64,000 bases of DNA, from the NCBI GenBank assembly GCA_964187785.1, contig OZ076409.1, positions 78,866,001 through 78,930,000 on the forward strand, written 5' to 3'. The position numbers and the translations under genes were made by a program. The DNA is from Amphiscolops sp. MND2022. Its lineage: Eukaryota. The number at the start of each line of letters is the position of its first letter. Within the stretch, counting starts at the first letter, position 1. Positions 41,501 to 53,500 of this stretch are shown in pieces. The notes beneath the pieces are model-generated. The model did no database searches and was not told the origin of the DNA. It saw only the letters and a program-made list of their open reading frames with translations.

Positions 41501-44500
41501 TTTCGACTGCTTTGGAGTCATTCTGAAGTGCATTTGAAGCGAAACGCTGCAACGTTCTTTTCAAAAAATGTAATGCATAGCTCGTTCTTGCGTTGTTGAT
41601 TTGACTGTGTTGGAACTTTGAACGAAATCTCGGAAAATGTACAGAAATTGCATCAAAAACGAGAAAAACTTTCAGTTGACAAATTTTTATCGACAATTCA
41701 GGGTCAATTTGAGGCACTTTTCTCTCACAAATTGAACTTCTCTCGTGACGAAAGCTCACCGAAACAACAAGTCTGCCTATGCCTCACGGGTTTCAACATT
41801 CTAGTCCACGAAGTCTATCGATATTTTGAGAAAAATTGGTTAAAAAGTGAAAATCGGAAAATTTTCTAAAATTTGTCTTTCGACGTCAATTCCGGACTTT
41901 CGTTCAAAAAACTACATTTATCTCTTTTCCAAGCATAGTTTACAACACATTCTTTCCTTGTTGACCCTTTTCAACGTTCTAATACGCGAAGTCTGTCGAA
42001 AATTAGGAAGAAAATGGAAAAAAAAATATTTTTGAAAATTGGAAAATTTTGAGTTTTTTTTGTCATTTTCGGTGTCAATTTCAGACATTTTCGTTCAGAA
42101 AATTGCAATAAACTCTTCAGAAAAGACTACTGGACAACCAAGCCTTTCCTTGTTGACCCCTTAAATCAATCCAATCCACGAAGTCGGTCAAAAATTTGAC
42201 AAAAAATGCGTAAAAACATTGAAAAATGGAAAATTTTGGGATTTTTGTCAATTTTCGGTGTCAGTTTGAGATTTTTTTCAGTTGGAAAACAACAATTATC
42301 TCTTCGGAAAAGCGTACTGGACAACGAATTAGTGCCATGTCGAGCGTTTTCAAAATTCTAATGCACGAAGTCTATCGAAAACTTGACAAAATTGCATAAA
42401 AACGTTAAAAATCGGGAATTTTTTGTCATTTTTGGGTCTTTTTCTTTCGAAAAAACGCTTTTATCTCTTCATAAACGACTACTGGACAACGAATTTTTGC
42501 CTTGTTGAACCTTTTCAACATTCTAGTTCACAACATCTATCGAAAAAGTGACAAAATTGCATTAAAAAGTAAAAAAAATGAAACTTTTGCAAATATTCTT
42601 TGGGTTATTCTGGGGTCTTCGTGGTCAACAAAAAAGTCCAGAATTCTCCACAAACACAAATCGCACGAAGCTAAACCTTTGTGAGTTGAATTCTATGGGT
42701 AACACGCTTAAAGTTAAACATTAATTTGGTGCTTGGCAAATTTTGTAAAATAAACCGTTTAATTTAAATATTTTCCTTTCCCATATATGAAAGATGGGCG
42801 GAAAATAATAAAATTTGAAGGTTCTCTTCACTACTGTGTGCCCCTTTTGGCTTATATGATAGTTTTGAATAGGAAAAGCGTTTTTAAGGCTGAAGGGTCA
42901 CCTCTTGGGTTTTTGACACTGTGCGACTTTCATGGGAAAATTTTCATTTCCCAAATGGTTCTCGCTTCCCTAATATTTTCCCTTCCCATAAGAAATATGG
43001 GCGGAAATAACAAATTATTTAATCATTCAACTAGCTCAAACAAAAGGCAAGTTTTGCAACTTTTTCAGCCAAAAGTCTGTTCCTCAGATCACAATAAACA
43101 AAACCCATACAAAATGTGCACTTCTGTCGAAGTCAGCCAATACAGGGTTGAGTTTTCTCCCCCTACTTGTCATATATTGTGAATAAAAAACATCTAAATA
43201 AAACAGACAAAAAATACAAGTGCTTAAAACAGGCCCTGTTTAAAACATCCCAACCCTCCTGGAGAACTCAACAAAATAAAAACAAGCCGGGAATGGCACA
43301 AGTCGGCGTCATATCTAATGCTCAAAAATAGCAAAAGGATTTGAAAGTGTCAAGTATTCTCTTCTACAATACCCGAAAACCCAAAAGTTGGACCGCATTT
43401 CGGATTTTCGATTTTTTTTCAATAATGTATCCGGTAAGTCGCATAGTTTTTAAGATATACAGAAGTCATAGCATGTTTCGAAGCTAGAAACAAGTTTTTC
43501 AATATGTATGAACAACTTCTCCAGTTAGAACAAGTCACGCTTTTTTGTATTTTAGCGGGAGATAACCATTACCTTCTGATGTTTATTTTGTAAATCACTT
43601 TTGTGTTAACTTCTCTGAAGACAGTTGAATTGACACTACCAACTCTTCGTCTCACTCAGCCTCAAAAGTCAAAAGGTTATGCGGCCTTAACCAATCATCT
43701 GAAACTAAGGCTGCTGTCAACTTTCGATGGGAAGTTACTTGCCAAAGATAGACTGAGAAATGAAGCGAATGATGGCAAGCAGAAGCGAGAAGAAAGAAGT
43801 CAAGCAGAAAGAAGCAATCTTTTTCCAGTGAACCACTACGCCATGCAGTCAGAAGTCAACTTTGACAGATGAGAAGCGAGTGAACTTTTCAAAACAGACT
43901 CAAACTTTCTTGACGCTTTTGTAAACTTTCTTGCGGTTTTTCCTAGGCTGAGTAGAGTTGAGTTTGAAGTTAACTGAGAATACACATGGGTAAAAAAGGT
44001 ATTTGAAAAATTTTCTCGGAAGATTCCAAAACACTTCAGTGAAAAATATCTAGGCTTGACAAAAAAATCTTAAAAGACAATTTTTCTGACAGACGTTTCG
44101 ATAACATTTCTTTGTTTTGGTTGATTTCCAAAGTGCACGTCGCTATGCACTGCATAGCATGACGAGAAGTAAGAATTTTCTGAGCTTAGTTTTTGCTTCA
44201 AAACGCCAGTCATTCGAGTTTTTTTGTAAGTAAGTTGTTTTTGCGGTCCAGAGATACGTCGTTTTATGTAAAACGATCGAAGCAACATTCTCAGAAGGTC
44301 AGGTTGGAGGGTGTACTTCGTATCTAGCGAATTTGCTTGAAGGTTTCTGAATATTAAATATTGGACAAAAGAGGTCGAAACTTGCGTTATCAAGAAAAGT
44401 TTCTGAAAGTTGTGCAAATAAACTTCTCTCATTGGAAGTTCTACTCTTCAAAAACATCCGTGGTTTGAACAAAAATTGGGATTAGTTTTTCAAACGTGCT

Positions 44501-47500
44501 TTTTTCTATCATGGTTTTCGGGTGTTTTTGAGGCCAATTCCGTCAACAAAATGCAGCTATCTCTTCAATATTGCCTACTGGAGATACACGGATTAGTCAT
44601 TGAGTTTTCAAAAAGTTTATGCAAGGAAGTAGCTCAAAAATTGTACAAAAAACTGCCAAAAATGTAGAAAACTTGAAAATGCTCAGTTTTTCCAATATTT
44701 GGGTCATTCTGAGGAAACTTTCGACCATAAATTAGACAATATTTGGAAAAACGTGCTTCGGAAGAAAAAAAAACACTGAAAACGTCAAATGGACAAAAAT
44801 TTTCGACATTTTCAACTTTTTGCGGTCAATTTTGAGCCAATCTCCAACCGAAGTCTGCCAATATTCCTTTAAAAGCTTTTTGGATAATGAGTCCAGTCTT
44901 TGTTGAACCTTTGCCAAAATTCTGACTACAAAACGATTCAAAAAGTACAGAATTTGCACGAAAACGAAGATGTCGAAATTTTTCGACTGCTTTGGAGTCA
45001 TTCTGAAGTGCATTTGAAGCGAAACGCTGCAACGTTCTTTTCAAAAAATGTAATGCATAGCTCGTTCTTGCGTTGTTGATTTGACTGTGTTGGAACTTTG
45101 AACGAAATCTCGGAAAATGTACAGAAATTGCATCAAAAACGAGAAAAACTTTCAGTTGACAAATTTTTATCGACAATTCAGGGTCAATTTGAGGCACTTT
45201 TCTCTCACAAATTGAACTTCTCTCGTGACGAAAGTTCACCGAAACAACAAGTCTGCCTATGCCTCACGGGTTTCAACATTCTAGTCCACGAAGTCTATCG
45301 ATATTTTGAGAAAAATTGGTTAAAAAGTGAAAATCGGAAAATTTTCTAAAATTTGTCTTTCGACGTCAATTCCGGACTTTCGTTCAAAAAACTACATTTA
45401 TCTCTTTTCCAAGCATAGTGTACAACACATTCTTTCCTTGTTGACCCTTTTCAACGTTCTAATACGCGAAGTCTGTCGAAAATTAGAAAGAAATTGCAAA
45501 AAAATATATTTTTGAAAATTGGAAAATTTTGTCATTTTGTCATTTTCGGTGTCAATTTGAGACATTTTCGTTCAGAAAATTGCAATAAACTCTTCAGAAA
45601 AGACTACTGGACAACCAAGCCTTTCCTTGTTGACCCCTTAAATCAATCCAATCCACGAAGTCGGTCAAAAATTTGACAAAAAATGCGTAAAAACATTGAA
45701 AAATGGAAAATTTTGGGATTTTTGTCAATTTTCGGTGTCAATTTGAGATTTTTTTCAGTTGGAAAACAACAATTATCTCTTCGGAAAAGCGTACTGGACA
45801 ACGAATTAGTGCCATGTCGAGCGTTTTCAAAATTCTAATGCACGAAGTCTATCGAAAACTTGACAAAATTGCATAAAAACGTTAAAAATCGGGAATTTTT
45901 TTTGTCATTTTTGGGTCTTTTTCTTTCCAAAAAACGCTTTTATCTCTTCATAAACGACTACTGGACAACAAATTTTTGCCTTGTTGAACCTTTTCAACAT
46001 TCTAGTTCACAACATCTATCGAAAAAGTGACAAAATTGCATTAAAAAGTAAAAAAATGAAACTTTTGCAAATATTCTTTGGGTTATTCTGGGGTCTTCGT
46101 GGTCAACAAAAAAGTCCAGAATTCTCCACAAACACAAATCGCACGAAGCTAAACCTTTGTGAGTTGAATTCTATGGGTAACAAGCTTAAAGTTAAACATT
46201 AATTTGGTGCTTGGCAAATTTTGTAAAATAAACCGTTTAATTTAAATATTTTCCTTTCCCATATATGAAAGATGGGCGGAAAATAATAAAATTTGAAGGT
46301 TCTCTTCACTACTATGTGCCCCTTTTGGCTTATATGATAGTTTTGAATAGGAAAAGCGTTTTTAAGGCTGAAGGGTCACCTCTTGGGTTTTTGACACTGT
46401 GCGACTTTCATGGGAAAATTTTCATTTCCCAAATGGTTCTCGCTTCCCTAATATTTTCCCTTCCCATAAGAAATATGGGCGGAAATAACAAATTATTTAA
46501 TCATTCAACTAGCTCAAACAAAAGGGAAGTTTTGCAACTTTTTCAGCCAAAAGTCTGTTCCTCAGATCACAATAAACAAAACCCATACAAAATGTGCACT
46601 TCTGTCGAAGTCAGCCAATACAGGGTTGAGTTTTCTCCCCCTACTTGTCATATATTGTGAATAAAAAACATCTAAAAAATAGGCCCCTCCGGGGCTCAGT
46701 ACTATTTCTGCTTTAATCTTTATTTTTTTAAAACAAAAAATCATTAATAAAAGAATCATATCTGGAATACCAATACACTCCTGTTTAATCATTACTTAGA
46801 GCACAATTAATCACTGTACAAGTTTACACCGCCTTTAATTCTTCTCGGACTAAAGAAAATATAACTAAGCGTAGACGAAGTTTCGCATTCGCATTTGAAT
46901 GCAGGCGAAGCTCTCAACGAACGAATAATTAACACTCATTCGCTTCATCTCAGTGACGTCAGCATACGAATGGATAATTACCACTCGCTCGTTCTATCGC
47001 ACTAGAATTGAATTGTTGTCGGCAGCTTTCCCACGCTTACACTCACTGCCGAACAAAATATCTGAATTATTCAGTAGGACGAAATTTGACGACTGAAAAA
47101 AAAAAAAGGACCAACTTTGAGGTTACAATAACATTCCTGCTAAAGCAGAAATATTAATAAAACACAAAAAATACAAGTGCTTAAAACAGGCCCTGTTTAA
47201 AACATCCCAACCCTCCTGGAGAACTCAACAAAATAAAAACAAGCCGGGAATGGCACAAGTCGGCGTCATATCTAATGCTCAAAAATAGCAAAAGGATTTG
47301 AAAGTGTCAAGTATTCTCTTCTACAATACCCGAAAACCCAAAAGTTGGACCGCATTTCGGATTTTCGACTTTTTTCAATAATGTATCCGGTAAGTCGCAT
47401 AGTTTTTAAGATATACAGAAGTCATAGCATGTTTCGAAGCTAGAAACAAGTTTTTCAATATGTATGAACAACTTCTCCAGTTAGAACAAGTCACGCTTTT

Positions 47501-50500
47501 TTGTATTTTAGCGGGAGATAACCATTACCTTCTGATGTTAATTTTGTAAATCACTTTTGTGTTAAGTTCTCTGAATACAGTTGAATTGACACTACCAACT
47601 CTTCGTCTCACTCAGCCTCAAAAGTCAAAAGGTTATGCGGCCTTAACCAATCATCTGAAACTAAGGCTGCTGTCAACTTTCGATGAGAAGTTACTTGCCA
47701 ACGATAGACTGAGAAATGAAGCGAAAGATGGCAAGCAGAAGCGAGAAGAAAGAAGTCAAGCAGAAAGAAGCAATCTTTTTTCCAGTGAACCACTACGCCA
47801 TGCAGTCAGAAGTCAACTTTGACAGATGAGAAGCGAGTGAACTTTTCAAAACTCAGACTCAAACTTTCTTGACGCTTTTGTAAACTTTCTTGCGGTTTTT
47901 CCTAGGCTGAGTAGAGTTGAGTTTGAAGTTAACTGAGAGTACACATGGGTAAAAAAAGTATTTGAAAAATTTTCTCGGAAGATTCCAAAACACTTCAGTG
48001 AAAAATATCTAGGCTTGACAAAAAAATCTTAAAAGACAATTTTTCTGACAGACGTTTCGATAACATTTCTTTGTTTTGGTTGATTTCCAAAGTGCACGTC
48101 GCTATGCACTGCATAGCATGACGAGAAGTAAGAATTTTCTGAGCTTAGTTTTTGCTTCAAAACGCCAGTCATTCGAGTTTTTTTGTAAGTAAGTTGTTTT
48201 TGCGGTCCAGAGATACGTCGTTTTATGTAAAACGATCGAAGCAACATTCTCAGAAGGTCAGGTTGGAGGGTGTACTTCGTATCTAGCAAATTTGCTTGAA
48301 AGTTTCTGAACATTAAATATTGGACAAATGAGGTCGAAACTTGCGTTATCAAGAAAAGTTTCTGAAGTTGTGCAAATAAACTTCTCTCATTGGAAGTTCT
48401 ACTCTTCAAAAACATCCGTGGTTTGAACAGAAATTGGGATTAGTTTTTCAAACGTGCTTTTTTCTTTCATGGTTTTCGGGTGTTTTTGAGGCCAATTCCG
48501 TCAACAAAATGCAGCTATCTCTTCAATATTGCCTACTGGAGATACACGGATTAGTCATTGAGTTTTCAAAAACATTCTCAGAAGGTCAGGTTCGCCAGAC
48601 TTAGTTTTGAGTGTCTTCCCTAATTTGCACAACTCAGACATAAAATGACAAACGTACCGTACAGTCTACGTAGAAACGTTGTTGTTTTCGGGAAAAGACG
48701 AGGACTTTGAATATTTTGCTGAACGTTTTGAAGTTCGGCTTCATTTATTAAAACTGAGAACAGTCCTTCTTGATCAGGAGAATTTGTCTGAGGAAGAAAA
48801 ACAAGTTGAGAGAAAAACGGTTCGAAGTTTGGTGTGAGCTGGTGCAATGTCTAGATAGAAAGTCATTGAGTTTAGTAAAAACAGCGAAACCTAACGGTAC
48901 TAAGACTTGGAAACTTCTGCAAGACTGTTTTGAAAATAGTGAACGTCCTCGTATCCATCAACTGTTGAATAAGTTAACGAACCTTAGATTGAACTCACAA
49001 GAAAGTATGCGCGACTATTTGATGAGAGCTGAAGAACTTCAGCTTAACCTAACCGATGTTGGAGAAAACGTTAGTGATCAAATGCTATGTTCTGTAGTCT
49101 TAAAAGGTTTGCTGAACAGTTTCGCAAGTTTCGCAACTGTTTTCAAGTTTTCGCATGAAGATAAAACATTTGCTGATCTCAAAGGAGACCTTTTGAATTT
49201 CGATAGTGATAGTTGCCGAGGTCAAACCGACGAAGAAACAAGTTCACATTTCACTAAAGACGTGAAATGCTTCAAGTGTGGTAAAATTGACCACCGACAA
49301 AGTGAATGCAGAGCAAAAGTGTCTACCTTAGTGTGTTACGCATGTGGTAAAAAAGGCCACAAGGCGAGTGTACAAAAAAGAAAAATAACTCGAAAACAGG
49401 AGCTCCGCGTTAGACGGCTCAAAACAAACATTTTTACACAAAGCAACATAAGCGTAATCTAACAGCTGAAAAACAAGGTTTTTCGTTTCATACTAGCCAA
49501 GCACATTCGACGGGTAAGTTGCACGAGTCCATGATCAAGGACGCTGAATTGTTCGAAAATGGTTATAGTTCAATGTGCAAACAGAACTGAATCCAGTACT
49601 GAGGGTAGAGGTTTTTAGTTTTTTTGGCAAAAGACAATCAAGGCCAAGACTAATCTTGAGCTTGAAGAATCGTTGTACGTTCCCCAGTAAACAAAAAACT
49701 TAGTTTCGATAAAGAAATAACGAACAAAACACGAGCGTTCATTTTGATGCAAACCCTCGCATAGTTCAGGATGATAGATTTCCGTTAAAGTGCGAAAATA
49801 ACTTTTTTGCTTGCAAGTTGATAGTTTGCATGAGCAAAGCAATGCAGCGACTGCAAGTCTTCAACAATGGCATGAAAGAATTGCTCACAATAACAATATT
49901 GATCGAAATTTGGCAAAAGTTGTAGTCAATATGAAAAAAGTAGATGAAGGAAACGAAGCTTGCGACGTGTGTAACACCGAAAGAGCGAAGAGGTTACTCA
50001 TAAGCCGTGAAGTAGCAACTAGAGCTAAAAAACCTTTAGACATAGTCCACGTGGATATATCGCCAGTGAACACGACGTCGATAGATGATTTCAAGTACGC
50101 TCTAGGATTCGTTGATAGCTTCAGCAGATTCGGTGCAGTTTATCTACTAAGAACACGAGCCAAGGTCGGACCGAAGCTTTTGAGGTTCATAGCTGAGCTT
50201 GGAAAACCTCGCAAGATTGTCACTGATAACGCTAAAGAGTTCAAAATTGGAACGAACGGTCATAAGGACTTTGGAGCAAGTTGGGTAGATGATTTAGTCT
50301 ACTGTAGCGACGATAATAATTTTTATGAAACCTTTGAGAAAACACTGAGCAAAAAAATTTTGATCAGTGAAGTAGATGACTTGAACTGGTTCTTGGGAAT
50401 GCAAATTAGACGTGGAAAAGGCAGACTGTAAATTTCTCAAGAAAACTACATCGAAAAATTACTTGAATATTTTGGAATGAAGGATGCCAAAGGTCTTTTC

Positions 50501-53500
50501 ACGCCTGTTGCTGAAAAGCCACAAATCAGTAAGTCAGATTGTCCTGACAAAGGCAGCCAAGAACAAAAGATGAAAAATTGTAATTTTCGTGGAATGATGG
50601 GTTGCTTGAATTACTTAACGAACACGACAAGACCTGATAAAACTTTCGCTGTGACAGCTCTAAGTCGTTACGTTCAAAATACAGGCCGTGAACATTGGTT
50701 ACAAGGAAAACACATCTTGAGGTATCTAAAGGCCACAAAGTGTAGGAAACTGGCGTATAGAAAATCCGAAAAACTCGAGCTCACAGGTTTCAGTGATGCC
50801 GATTGGGCAGGAAAGTTAGATGATAGGAAGTCCAGCAGTGGCTTTTGCTTCTTTCCAAACTCAGAATCAGGAGCTATCGGTTGGAGTACTAAGTTACAGA
50901 CAACGGTTGCGACTCCAACAGCTGAGGCAGAAGCAATGTCGTTATTTGCAGCTTCTCAAGAACTTGAGTTTCTACGAGGACTAGAATACGGAATAGATAC
51001 GGAAAAGCCTACTAAGATACATGTAGACAATCAGGCGTGTATCGCGATAACCAAAAATACAGTGAACTCTCAGAAAGTGAAGCATTTTGCAATCAAGTTG
51101 AGCTCCATACAAGAAAAAACCGAATTGCGACATTTAGATGTTGAGTTTTGTCCAACCAGTGAAATGAATGCTGACTTGCTAACTAAACCGTTGGCAAAAG
51201 TTAACGTTCAAATGTTCAGCAAAAGACTCTCCGAAGAAAATAACTCGTAATTGAGCTCCAAAAAGGGGGAGTTTCAAGATATATAGAATTCATAGCATGT
51301 TTCGAAGCTAGAAACAAGCTTTTCAATATGTATGAAGTTAGAACAAGTCACACATTTTTGTATTTCAGCGGAAGATAATCATTAAGTTTTGATGTTTATT
51401 TTGTAAATCACTCTTGTGTTTACTTCTCTGAATACAGTTGAATCAATACAACTAACTTTTAGTCTCACTCAGCCTCAAAAGTCAAGAATAGTGCCAAAGG
51501 AAGGGACTCTTGGTGTTTTTTAACATCCATTCTCTTGCGAAATTTCAAAAAAAATTGGAGGAGGGGACCCTTTGGTGAGAAAAAGTTTTGAAAAAGTCTC
51601 ACAATGCCAAAAAAACTAAAAGGGGATCCTTTGGGTTTCTTCAACATTCATTCTGTCGCAAAACTCAAAAAAAAATCGTAAAAACCTCACAAAGCCGGAA
51701 TCACATCCGAACTTTGAAAACGTTATATTCGAAATTTCAAAACGTTATGTCCAAACTTTAAATGTTATATCCGAACTTTGAAAACGTTATATCCGAACTT
51801 TGAAAACGTTATATGCGAACTTTGAAAACGTTATATTCGATCAAAATCTAAATATGCTCAAGTTCTTCAAACAGCTCAGCCTATAAAGCTTATAAAATCT
51901 GTCACTCCATCGCTCTTCAAAAAAGCCGACTAAAGATGAACCGACATTACCAGTAGTTGTTATCTTTGGGCAATAAAGTCTCAGAAAAGCATGAAAAAGA
52001 TCAACTAGAAAATCAAAGTAGGACCATTTTGAAAAATGAAAAGACAAATAGAACCGTCTCAAAACATCAACTTTTCAGCGCTAATTTCTCAGAATAAAAA
52101 GTGACATTGCACTTGCATACAATACACTAAGGATATTCTTTCAACAAGCTGATTATTAACACAAAATCAATTGTTGGCTTAAAATTTCATTTTGGGAATT
52201 ATTGCAAGAATGACTCACCTTTAGGATCAAAAATAGCAGTCAAATTATGTAGAGTCGAATTATTTGGAATCGAATGAAGAAGCGAAAATGATGAATTCAA
52301 TATATATTTAGAAACCAAAATTGGTTGTATGATTCGTCCTTCCTTTTTTCTCTCCTGCATTTAGGGCATTATAGATATAGTGTTTCATTACAGAAACTTA
52401 TCGTTTCATATGCTTGTTTTATATATAAAAATTTTTTACCTCTTTCGATAAAATGAAGTCATAATTGGATCTTAAATAACTTCGCAGATAACTCTGCACA
52501 GCAATTCCGAATAAATATCCAGAATTGCCTGTAATTATGACAACTGTAAAACTGAGTGAAAAGATTGTACTTTATTTATCTCGGTAAAACTGTAACTAAT
52601 CACCTAGCATTCGTCGATGTTCAGTGCTATTGGGATGATTCCTGGTTTTCGGCCAAATATCGAAAACAAAATATCAATATTGATAGATACAACTAAGACG
52701 GGTCTACGTCTAGAAAAGATTTACCAATTATGAAAAATTTGAAAAAAAATAAAATAGCTGTGGGAGTCCTTGAACGCTAATGACTACTGTAATAGATTGG
52801 TACTTACATCTCCAATGGCAGGAGGGAACAGATCGCCCACGACTACATCACTGAAAACGGCCTTTTTCATTTTCGAAGTCAGTTTGTCACAGCATTTGAG
52901 ATACATCTGCCGATAATGTACAGTGTCTATGTCCATTATGGCTAAACACAAAAACTACCATTTTCAGTGAGAATCACACGTTTGTTCTAGCAAAACTAGC
53001 AAATGAAGTAGTGACGTGAAAGATCCTAACTAAATAGTGAGTAATGTTGCACATTCAATAGGCCTATTAAATAAATTCAGCTCGTCAATTTTAGCATCAT
53101 AGTGAGCACGACGTCATGTTCAAAAATGTTGTGAAATAAAATCCATGGTGCGGCGCTAATCCAATAATGTGTAGTCTGTATTTGAGGGTAACAATTCGTT
53201 CATCTACATGTTTCGTTTTTCCTGGAATAAAACAGCAACCTGAACGCTTTTTTCGAGTAATTTTTCTTCGATTCATTTACGATTTACACCCGTTTTTCTG
53301 GCGGTGGGGGGGGGGGGTTCACCTTCCTCTTGGCGTTTCCTGGTGCTGAGACTAATGGAAATTATTCTATCATTTCAAGTGACTTTCTGTTGTTTGTTCG
53401 AATAAAACTCTCGCTCAAATTCAGTCAATTCATTCAATCGAAAACTTTCATTGAGCCAAAGCAGCAAATCTTTTTCAAGTAAAAATTTGCATTGATTCCG

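Larger units (their letters stand above)
37360..48570 (+). repeat. Tandem array of a ~3.47-kb unit (three full copies plus a ~310-bp partial copy)
   Basis: Units start at 37360, 40825, 44304 and 48263, and near-identical ORF translations recur at this period. Unit 3 has a ~480-bp insertion. Confidence 0.97.

Noticed and set aside
37286..48415. Recurrent ORFs in the tandem array read as a multi-copy gene family
   Set aside because: They are F/K/L-rich translations of AT-rich repeats with no recognisable domain, and frameshifts differ between units.
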